Part shown: piece after piece, positions 56,959 through 64,000 of the stretch | Numbering within the stretch: position 1 is the stretch's first letter | Layout: every line of letters starts with the position of its first letter | Source: Gemmatimonadota bacterium | GTDB lineage: Bacteria; Gemmatimonadota; Gemmatimonadetes; Gemmatimonadales; GWC2-71-9 | Assembly: GCA_024641735.1 (NCBI GenBank) | Contig: JAHECN010000001.1 | Coordinates: forward strand, 1,036 to 65,035 | Length of the DNA: 64,000 nucleotides | Reading direction: 5' to 3' | Translations under genes and position numbers: made by a program | Notes under the pieces: generated by a model | The model's database searches: none | Told to the model about the DNA's origin: nothing | Seen by the model: only the letters and a program-made list of their open reading frames with translations

Positions 56959-58038
56959 CTAGAACTTGAATTCGGTGTGGAAATACAGGACCTGACGGCC
57001 CTTGTCGAAGCTGTTGGTTGGCGAGCCGCCGGCCACCGAGTTCAGGTCGGCATCGGCCAGCACGCGGAGGTTCGGCGAGATGCGGTACGACACGCCGGCG
57101 ATGACACGCGTCTGCCGGTTGAACTTCATTCGCGTCGCGGCGGTCGTCGCCGTCGAATCCGTATTCGGATCAAACGAGTCGACTCGGCCGATGATCGCGA
57201 CCGGCGTATTCGGCACGTTGTACACGCCGTAAGCGGCGACGAGCGACCCCTTCGCCTTGGGCGTCGTGGCGCTGGTCGAGTCCTGCATCCGACCATATTC
57301 TGCCGCCAGCGTCAGCGCGTTGGACTTGTACGAGACCAATCCCAGGAAGCGATTGCGGCTCGCTCCGCCGGTGGCCTTCCCGATGTTGGCGTAGGCGGTC
57401 ACCCGCAGGCCGCCCGACTTGCCGGTGGCATCGGTGCTGGCAAGGCGATAGGAGACGCGGCCAGCCACGTCCTTGCGACTGTCTCCCGGCGCGTTGCTGT
57501 ACCCCTCACCATCATAGACACCGACCTGCATGTTCACGCGGTCGTTGTCCCAGGTACCATCAATCCCGGCACCATAGTCCGATGACGTGATATATCCCGC
57601 GCGCTCGAGGGAGATCACGCCTTGCATCCGGTATTCCCAGATCGACTCTTCAAAATCGACCAATGGCGTGTGGATGGCGCCGAGCTTGTAGGTCAGCGCG
57701 CTGTTGGTCGGGGTCCAAGCCACGTAGGCGTACTTGAGTCGGAAACTCTGCTGGTTGGAGGCGGCCTTGCGACCGTCCACGTCCACCGTCACGCGCGTCG
57801 AGACGCCGTTGCTAAACTTGCCGGTGACGTTGATGTACGACCGGGCGACGTCGAAGTTGTTGCCGTGGGCCGCAGGCGAGAAACTCGAGTCGGCGTTCAG
57901 CTGGTAGTAATAGTGCAGATAGCCGACGCCACTGACCGTCACGGTCGGCGCCGCAGGCTTTGCTTGCGCCTGCAGTGTGGTTGTGCCTGTGCCGAGCAAT
58001 GCCGCTGCCACCAAGACCTGCCTGATCCGAGAAACCAT
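56959..58038 (-). CDS. Outer-membrane porin, probably phosphate-selective (OprO/P-like) by context
   Basis: 359 aa with the signal peptide …LLGTGTTTLQAQA, alternating beta-strand sequence and a terminal …YFHTEFKF. It lies immediately upstream of pstS, downstream of a Pho-box-like site. Confidence 0.7.
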   Translation of the reverse strand: MVSRIRQVLVAAALLGTGTTTLQAQAKPAAPTVTVSGVGYLHYYYQLNADSSFSPAAHGNNFDVARSYINVTGKFSNGVSTRVTVDVDGRKAASNQQSFRLKYAYVAWTPTNSALTYKLGAIHTPLVDFEESIWEYRMQGVISLERAGYITSSDYGAGIDGTWDNDRVNMQVGVYDGEGYSNAPGDSRKDVAGRVSYRLASTDATGKSGGLRVTAYANIGKATGGASRNRFLGLVSYKSNALTLAAEYGRMQDSTSATTPKAKGSLVAAYGVYNVPNTPVAIIGRVDSFDPNTDSTATTAATRMKFNRQTRVIAGVSYRISPNLRVLADADLNSVAGGSPTNSFDKGRQVLYFHTEFKF

Positions 58039-58138
58039 GCTGTCTCCACCACCGAGTTGAAGGAACCTGCTCGATGCCGTAGTGCAATGACGATCGTCAC
58101 CACACAGGCTACCGATGCAAGGAATTACTCAGAGGGGA

Positions 58139-58178
58139 ATCACAGGCGGATCGCGACTCTGTCACAGAGCTGTAACAG
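58139..58178 (-). promoter_or_regulatory. Pho-box-like array: three in-phase CTGTnAn repeats upstream of the porin-pst operon
   Basis: The minus strand reads CTGTTAC agct CTGTGAC agagtcgcgatccgc CTGTGAT, with repeat starts at 58178, 58167 and 58145 (offsets 0, 11 and 33 nt). Compare the E. coli Pho box CTGTCATA(A/T)A(T/A)CTGTCA(C/T). The first two repeats overlap the last codons and stop of phoR. Confidence 0.5.
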
Positions 58179-59802
58179 AGGGCTCCGGGGCGGCGTCCGC
58201 TGCAGGGAAATGCGCCAGAACCGTGGTTCCGATGCCCAACGTGCTCGTGACCGAGAGCGTGCCGCCGTGCGCTTCGACCATGTGGCGGACAATCGAGAGA
58301 CCGAGGCCGGTCCCCCCTTCTGCCCGGGAGCGCGACGGGTCGGCCCGGTAGAAGCGCTCGAAAATGCGCGACAGGTGTTCCTCAGGGATGCCGCTCCCGT
58401 TGTCCTGGACTGCCACGTCGGTGCCGTTGCCACGGTGCGTGACGCGGCAGGTGATCTCTCCGCCAATCGGGACATACCGCAAGGCGTTGTCAATCAGATT
58501 CGAGAGGATTTGGCGGATGGCGTCCGAGTCCACGACGACGTGCCGGGCGTCAGTGGCAATTGCTCGGTTGAACTGGACCTGGCGCTGGGCCGCACGATCC
58601 TGAAAGAGGGTACAACATTCCGTCCAGACACTCTCGAGGTCTACGCGGGTCGGCCGCGGCACCCACCGCCCGGCTTCAATCCGGGAGAGGTCCAGCAGAT
58701 CATCGACCAGCCGCAGCATCCGACGTGAGTTGGCAAGGATCGTCACGAGAAAGCGTTGCGTGGTGTCGGCATCGACGCCGCCCTCGGTCAGCGTCTCGGC
58801 GTAGCCCGTGATCGACGTCAGCGGCGTCTTCAACTCGTGAGACACATTCGCGACGAAATCGCGGCGGACCTCTTCCAGATGGCGGATCTCGGTGAGGTCG
58901 TGCAGCACGAGGACGGCGCCCCCGGTGGCCAAGGGGCGCGCGTTCAGCATGACGGTCGTCCCGTCCAGATCCACCTCCCGATCCTCGACGGATTCCCCGG
59001 AAAGGACGGTCTCGACGACTGATCGGGCGGCCTTCACCCGGAAGAGCGATTGGAGGCCCGGGAGGGGCGCCTTGGCGCCATAGCCCAGCATCCGTCGCGC
59101 GGCGGGGTTGGCAGTGACGATGTTCCCGCGCGCGTCGGTGGCGATGACGCCTTCCACCATCGCATCCACCATCGCCGCGCCCTCGCCCTTTTCGCGTTGC
59201 AGTTCGGCAAATCGATCGCCCAGCTGGCGATGCATCGCGCGGAGCGCTTGGACGAGCGTGTCGATCTCGGAGATGCCGGAGTGCGGGAAGCGCGGTGGTT
59301 TCCCGCTGGCGATCGCCTCGGCCGTTTCGGCCAGTGCTTCAAGGGGTCGCGAGACCGAACGCCCCGTCAGTGCGGCGAGACCGAACGCCACGAGAATCGC
59401 CAAGAGCGAGGCGGCAATCATTGAACCGCGGGCACTGTCGACCGTCGCAGCGATCCCGTCAAGGGACGCACTGACCTCGGCGATGCCATTGCTGGTGGGT
59501 GCGCGCTGGGTGAGCAAGTGGTCTGCGCGAATGGAGTCGGTTTGTGCCAGTACTGCCCCGGTGCTGTCGCGCAGGACGATCCGGTGGCCACTCTGGGCGG
59601 CGAGGCGGGTGATGGTAGTGGACCACCGCCGGGGGTCGTCGGGGAGGAGCTCGCCCACGAAGTGTGCCTCGCGCTCCAGAGTGATCGCGAGATCGTCCTG
59701 AAGGGAGGAGCGAAGCGTCCGCTCTGCCCCAAGGATGAGGACGAGGAGCGTCAAGGCGGCCACGAACACGGTCCCGACCACGAGCCGACCGGCAAACCTC
59801 AC
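58162..59802 (-). CDS. phoR: Phosphate-regulon sensor histidine kinase PhoR-like
   Basis: 546 aa. N-terminal TM segments, HAMP/PAS-like region, H-box SHELKTPLTSI and N/G boxes (DNALRY, DNGSGIP, GGTGLGLSIV). Overlaps phoB by 4 nt. Confidence 0.88.
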   Translation of the reverse strand: MRFAGRLVVGTVFVAALTLLVLILGAERTLRSSLQDDLAITLEREAHFVGELLPDDPRRWSTTITRLAAQSGHRIVLRDSTGAVLAQTDSIRADHLLTQRAPTSNGIAEVSASLDGIAATVDSARGSMIAASLLAILVAFGLAALTGRSVSRPLEALAETAEAIASGKPPRFPHSGISEIDTLVQALRAMHRQLGDRFAELQREKGEGAAMVDAMVEGVIATDARGNIVTANPAARRMLGYGAKAPLPGLQSLFRVKAARSVVETVLSGESVEDREVDLDGTTVMLNARPLATGGAVLVLHDLTEIRHLEEVRRDFVANVSHELKTPLTSITGYAETLTEGGVDADTTQRFLVTILANSRRMLRLVDDLLDLSRIEAGRWVPRPTRVDLESVWTECCTLFQDRAAQRQVQFNRAIATDARHVVVDSDAIRQILSNLIDNALRYVPIGGEITCRVTHRGNGTDVAVQDNGSGIPEEHLSRIFERFYRADPSRSRAEGGTGLGLSIVRHMVEAHGGTLSVTSTLGIGTTVLAHFPAADAAPEPSVTAL

Positions 59803-60506
59803 GTGGAGCGCTTCGCCCGATCGGCGGCCTTGAATCGATACCCGAAGCCCCGCACTGTCTCAATCATCTCCCCAACCTCCCCCAATTTGGTCCGCAGCCG
59901 TTGGACGTGCATGTCCACGGTCCGCGTCTGGATGTCGGGCTGGGCTTCCCAGACCGTCTCGAGCAGCTGCGGGCGGGACTGAACCCGACCGCGACGTTCG
60001 ATCAGCAACAGGAGGAGATTGTACTCGGTCGCGGTCAGGTTCAACTCCTCTCCATGCAAACTCACGCGATGCGCGACACGGTCCAGCGTGAGCGGGCCGG
60101 CAGAAAAGGTCGATCCAGAGGCGACTGCCGGGGCGCCAAGGCGGCGGAGCAGGGCCTGGACACGGAGCGTCAACTCTGCGGGAGAGAACGGCTTGGTGAG
60201 ATAGTCGTCGGCTCCGAGGGAGAGTCCCTCAAGCCGATCGGCCTCTTCCCCACGGGCCGTCAGCATGATGACGCCCACGTCCCGGGTCTCGTCCCGCTTC
60301 CGCAGCTCGGCCAAGACCTCGAAGCCGGAGAGCCCGGGGATCATCAGATCGAGCACCACCACGTCCGGCCGCTCCTCCTTGGCCGCCGCGAGCGCCTCGT
60401 GGCCATTGGAGGCCGTGGAGACTCGATATCCCGCGCGCGCCAGATGGTACGCCACCAGGGCCGTGATGTCCGCTTCGTCGTCAACCACGAGAATTCGGTG
60501 AGCCAT
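59799..60506 (-). CDS. phoB: Phosphate-regulon response regulator PhoB-like (OmpR family)
   Basis: ATG at 60506 gives MAHRILVVDDEADI…VVVLDLMIPGLSG… A C-terminal winged helix follows (…RTVDMHVQRLRTKL…GFGYRF). Confidence 0.92.
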   Translation of the reverse strand: MAHRILVVDDEADITALVAYHLARAGYRVSTASNGHEALAAAKEERPDVVVLDLMIPGLSGFEVLAELRKRDETRDVGVIMLTARGEEADRLEGLSLGADDYLTKPFSPAELTLRVQALLRRLGAPAVASGSTFSAGPLTLDRVAHRVSLHGEELNLTATEYNLLLLLIERRGRVQSRPQLLETVWEAQPDIQTRTVDMHVQRLRTKLGEVGEMIETVRGFGYRFKAADRAKRST

Positions 60507-60625
60507 CCCTTCTCCGGTGAAGGCACCACAATACCATATTGCGTCAAACGAATACCCTCGGCGACCCTCGGGCAAGCGCGGGATGTTGCCGGAAGCCCAC
60601 TTGTGACCGGATATTTACCTGATCG

Positions 60626-60859
60626 ATGCCAAACACCATCCCTGTCTTCATTAATGGCCGCGCCATTCAGGCAACGTCTGGCGCCTCCCTCGCCCAGTGC
60701 CTCGGGGGCCACGACCCAGACCTGCTCGCCCTCCTGCTCGGCGGGGCGATTGCCACCGATGCCCGTGGGCTTCCCGTCGATCCGGATGCCCCGATGGCCG
60801 CGGGTGGGATCTACCGTCTCCAGCGTTCCGCCAGAGTAGGAGACGCCACTGATGCGTGA
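60626..60859 (+). CDS. Hypothetical small protein (77 aa) upstream of add
   Basis: MPNTIPVFINGRAIQATSGASLAQCL… has GC3-rich, coding-like composition and overlaps the add start by 8 nt. No motif recognised, so coding status is unproven. Confidence 0.4.
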   Translation: MPNTIPVFINGRAIQATSGASLAQCLGGHDPDLLALLLGGAIATDARGLPVDPDAPMAAGGIYRLQRSARVGDATDA

Positions 60860-61871
60860 GCGCCTGAAGCGGATGCCGAAGGCCGAGTTGCACGTGCACC
60901 TCGATGGGTCACTCCGCCCCGAGACCATGCTGGAACTCGCCGTGGAGGAGGGCCTCACCCTGCCCGCCGCAGAGCCCGAGGCACTCCGGCGTTGGATGCT
61001 GGTCGACGATGCGACCAATCTCGAGGAGTACCTCGCGCGGTTCGATGTGACGATCGCGTTGTTGCAGCGCCCCGAGGCGATCGAGCGCGTCGCGTACGAG
61101 ATGATCGAGGATGCGGCGGCAGACGGCCTCCGATACCTCGAGATCCGGTACTGCCCGCATCTCAGCACCCGTCAGGGCCTGTCGATGGACGAGGCCGTCG
61201 CGGCGGAGTGGCGCGGCATCCAACGCGGGACGCAGGACTTTGGGATCCCGGCGCGCATCATCAACTGTTCGCTCCGCCATTACGATCCCGAACTCTCGGT
61301 CGCGATCGCGGAGCATTCGGTGCGGATGCGGGACCATGGCGTCGTGGCGTTCGATTTGGCGGGTGGCGAGGCAGGCCGCCCGCCTGAATTGCACCGCGAG
61401 GCGTTTGATCTCGCCGCGCGGGGCGGTCTCGGCATCACCGTGCACGCCGGGGAGGCTGCCGGGTGGGAGAGCATCTTTGAAGCGATCCACAGCTGCCGGG
61501 CGGTGCGTATTGGACATGGTACACGCCTCTTCGAGAACCCCGCGTTGCTGGAGTACGTGCGGGATCGCCGGATCTGCATCGAGACCAATATCACGTCCAA
61601 TCTGCAGACGGGGGTTGTCCGCACCGCCGCCGAGCACCCGGTGCGGCAGTACTTCGATGCCGGGATCCCGGTCACCCTCTGCACGGATTCCTGGCTGATG
61701 AGCGGTGTGGTCCTGACCGACGAGTATCTTTTGGCCCAGCAGGCGTTGGCGTTCACTCCATCCGAACTCGAGGCGATGGCCCTCACCGCCTTCGAGCATG
61801 CCTTCCTCCCCTGGCCCGAGCGTGTCGCTCTCCGTGACCGCGCCCTGGCAGACCTCGCGAGCCCCTCGTGA
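60852..61871 (+). CDS. add: Adenosine deaminase
   Basis: 339 aa. LPKAELHVHLDGSLR, HAGE and a TLCTDS(W) metal/active-site context. Confidence 0.94.
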   Translation: MRERLKRMPKAELHVHLDGSLRPETMLELAVEEGLTLPAAEPEALRRWMLVDDATNLEEYLARFDVTIALLQRPEAIERVAYEMIEDAAADGLRYLEIRYCPHLSTRQGLSMDEAVAAEWRGIQRGTQDFGIPARIINCSLRHYDPELSVAIAEHSVRMRDHGVVAFDLAGGEAGRPPELHREAFDLAARGGLGITVHAGEAAGWESIFEAIHSCRAVRIGHGTRLFENPALLEYVRDRRICIETNITSNLQTGVVRTAAEHPVRQYFDAGIPVTLCTDSWLMSGVVLTDEYLLAQQALAFTPSELEAMALTAFEHAFLPWPERVALRDRALADLASPS

Positions 61872-63271
61872 CCCTCCTGCACCTCGCCCTGCAAACCCAG
61901 ACTGCCGCTGAACGGTTCGCCGATCTTCGCGGTGGCTTGCACATCCCCCTCGGCGAACGCCTCATCGGCATTCTCGGCATGGTGACGATGATCGCCATCG
62001 CGGTGCTGATGAGTTACGACCGCAAGAAGATCAACTGGCGCCTGGTCGGGAGCGGGGTGGCCATGCAAGTGGTCTTCGGTCTGATCGTGCTCAAAACCAG
62101 CATTGGGCGCGCGTTCTTCGAGACCGTCGGCGGATGGATCACCGCCCTGCTCGGATTCCAGGAACAAGGCGCACGCTTTGTCTTCGGCAACTTGGTGCAG
62201 AGCAATGTCCCCGTCGGGACGCCGGATGCGATCGGCAACCTGGACGCCACGGCAGGGTTTGTCGCCAACACCGGCGCATTCTTCGCCTTCTCCGTGTTGC
62301 CGACGATCATCTTCTTCTCCGCGCTCATGTCGGTGCTCTACTACCTCGGCATCATGCAGTGGGTGGTCAAGGGACTCGCGTGGGGAATGCAGAAGACACT
62401 AGGGACATCCGGCGCCGAAACGCTCTCCGCATCGGGCAACATCTTCCTCGGGCAGACGGAAGCCCCACTGCTGATCAAGCCGTTCGTCGGACGGATGACG
62501 CAGTCGGAATTGATGACGGTGATGGTTGGCGGCTTCGCCACGGTGGCGGGTGGCGTGCTCGCCGCGTACGTCGGGATGCTGTCAGGGATGCTGCCGGGAA
62601 TCGCGAGTCACCTGCTGGCTGCGAGCGTCATGAACGCTCCTGCAGGTCTCTACTTGGCCAAGATCCTGCGGCCGGAGACAGAAGTCCCAGTGACGCAGGG
62701 TTCGCTTTCCTTTGACAGCGAAGATGGCGACGGCATCGCGATCACCAAGGAATCGAATGTGATCGAAGCCGCGTCGAGTGGTGCGGCACAGGGTGTCCAG
62801 CTCGCCATCAACGTCGCCGCGATGCTCATGGCGTTCGTGGCACTGGTCGCGATGCTCAACGCCGGGCTCGGCTGGGCCGGTGGACTGGTTGGAATCGAGG
62901 GTCTCTCGCTGCAGGGGATCCTCGGCTTCCTGCTCCGTCCCCTCGCCTGGGTGATGGGCGTGCCGTGGCAGGATACGGCGTACGTCGGTGGGCTGATCGG
63001 CATCAAGACGTCGCTCAATGAATTCGTGGCGTACGCGCAATTCGCCAGCGACATGGGGTCGGGGCAGGTGATTTCGCCGCGTGCCGCGCTGATCAGCACA
63101 TACGCGCTGCTGGGTTTCGCGAACTTCTCGTCGATTGCCATTCAGATCGGCGGCATTGGTGGGCTCGCCCCGGAGCGTCGTGGGGAGATCGCCAAGTTCG
63201 GACTCAAGGCGATGATCGCGGGCAACCTCGCCGCATTCATCTCGGCCTCACTCGCGGGGATGCTGGCATGA
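61868..63271 (+). CDS. nupC: NupC/CNT-family concentrative nucleoside transporter
   Basis: 467 aa, polytopic. GARFVFGNL and …LSASGNIFLGQTEAPLLIKP… motifs. Has 4-nt overlaps with add and the PNP gene. Confidence 0.9.
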   Translation: MTLLHLALQTQTAAERFADLRGGLHIPLGERLIGILGMVTMIAIAVLMSYDRKKINWRLVGSGVAMQVVFGLIVLKTSIGRAFFETVGGWITALLGFQEQGARFVFGNLVQSNVPVGTPDAIGNLDATAGFVANTGAFFAFSVLPTIIFFSALMSVLYYLGIMQWVVKGLAWGMQKTLGTSGAETLSASGNIFLGQTEAPLLIKPFVGRMTQSELMTVMVGGFATVAGGVLAAYVGMLSGMLPGIASHLLAASVMNAPAGLYLAKILRPETEVPVTQGSLSFDSEDGDGIAITKESNVIEAASSGAAQGVQLAINVAAMLMAFVALVAMLNAGLGWAGGLVGIEGLSLQGILGFLLRPLAWVMGVPWQDTAYVGGLIGIKTSLNEFVAYAQFASDMGSGQVISPRAALISTYALLGFANFSSIAIQIGGIGGLAPERRGEIAKFGLKAMIAGNLAAFISASLAGMLA

Positions 63272-64000
63272 CGCCGCTGTCGAAAGCGAGTCTGATTGAT
63301 CAAGCGGCAGCGACCATCGCCCATGCGCTCGATGACCGGAAGCCGCGCGTTGCCATCGTGCTTGGCTCCGGATTGGGGCGACTCACCGAACGGGTCGAGT
63401 CCCCGCTCCACATGCCGTACGGGCCGCTCCCCGGCTTCTATCCGCCGTCGGTGGTCGGACATGCGGGCGAGCTGGTCTCAGGAACGCTGGGTGGCGTCGA
63501 AGTGCTGCTGCAGAGCGGGCGCTTCCACATGTATGAAGGCTTCAGCGCCCAGGATGCGGCCCTGCCGGTGCGCTGCTTCGCGGAGCTCGGCATCACCACG
63601 CTGATCGTGACGAACGCAGCGGGAGGCATTCGTCGCAGCTTCAAGCCCGGCACCCTGATGGTCTTGTCGGATCACATCAATTTCACGGGACGCAATCCGC
63701 TTGAGGGGCATGTCCTCCCACACGAGACGCGCTTCCCCGACATGAGCGTGGCGTATGATCGTGACCTGCGCGCCAAGGCACACGCCGTCGCGGCAGCACA
63801 GGGCGTGACGCTCGAGGAAGGTGTCTACGCCGGCCTGCTCGGCCCGACGTACGAGACGCCAGCGGAAGTTCGGATGCTCGAGACGATGGGCGCTGACGCC
63901 GTCGGGATGAGCACGGTCGTCGAAGTGATCGCGGCGCGCGCGCGCGGCATGCGGTGCCTGGGAATCTCACTCATCACTAATCCCGCTGCGGGCACCTTTG
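63268..64000 (+). CDS. punA: Purine nucleoside phosphorylase (PunA/trimeric type), partial; runs off the window end
   Basis: Absent from the ORF track because it has no stop in the window. ATG at 63268 overlaps the nupC stop. Hand translation gives MTPLSKASLIDQAAATIAHAL…VAIVLGSGLG…GRFHMYEGF…GPTYETPAEVRML…GADAVGMSTVVEV…ISLITNPAAG. The frame is open to 64000. Confidence 0.92.
   Translation, partial: MTPLSKASLIDQAAATIAHALDDRKPRVAIVLGSGLGRLTERVESPLHMPYGPLPGFYPPSVVGHAGELVSGTLGGVEVLLQSGRFHMYEGFSAQDAALPVRCFAELGITTLIVTNAAGGIRRSFKPGTLMVLSDHINFTGRNPLEGHVLPHETRFPDMSVAYDRDLRAKAHAVAAAQGVTLEEGVYAGLLGPTYETPAEVRMLETMGADAVGMSTVVEVIAARARGMRCLGISLITNPAAGTF

Noticed and set aside
60507-60625. Looked for a Pho box upstream of phoB, and for a promoter around TTGACGCAATATGGTATTGT (minus strand)
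   Set aside because: Only a single TGTGAC half-site is present, with no partner at 11 nt. The TTGACG-to-TATTGT spacing of about 8 nt is incompatible with a sigma-70 -35/-10 pair.

Overview
This is a visibly GC-rich bacterial chromosomal segment (G+C not computed). I call about 58 protein genes and one tRNA-Leu, with dense packing and many 4-nt ATGA/GTGA start-stop overlaps. Two edge genes are missing from the ORF track because they have no stop in the window: a SARP/BTAD + P-loop regulator at 1-2111(-) and a purine nucleoside phosphorylase at 63268-64000(+).

The content is mostly core housekeeping:
- DNA repair: mutM and a UvrC-N-half/Cho-like nuclease.
- Biosynthesis: purD, glmM-glmS, dtd-maf, trpE and hisC-hisB-hisH-hisF.
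- Protein quality control: tig-clpP-clpX, htrA and dnaK.
- Several secreted peptidases and beta-propeller proteins.
- Two nucleoside-catabolism modules: deoC-ALDH and add-nupC-punA.
- A 10-gene co-directional phosphate block: phoB-phoR-porin-pstS-pstC-pstA-pstB-pstB-phoU-ppx.

I found no transposase, integrase, prophage, CRISPR array or recognisable defence island, and I cannot honestly point to a new multi-gene protein system.

The most unusual signal is non-coding. At least 8 loci carry hairpins, or half-hairpins, whose arms are tandem 7-nt units (GAGTCGT, GGAGAGA, GAGAACA and GAGGGGT types). They start within 0-7 nt of stop codons or contain them. Three genes end in the identical 9-mer GAGTCGTGA.

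Secondary leads:
- An orphan GspE/PilB-type ATPase with a C-terminal receiver domain.
- In-phase Pho-box-like repeats.
- A tandem-duplicated Cys/His/Met lipoprotein that may be cupredoxin-like.
- A DUF305 + LVIVD propeller pair whose propeller carries a Gly/Arg-rich repeat insertion.
- An ALDH fused to a truncated second ALDH-like domain.

The lineage guess (FCB/Gemmatimonadota-like) is inference only. All family assignments come from reading motifs by eye, with no database search.
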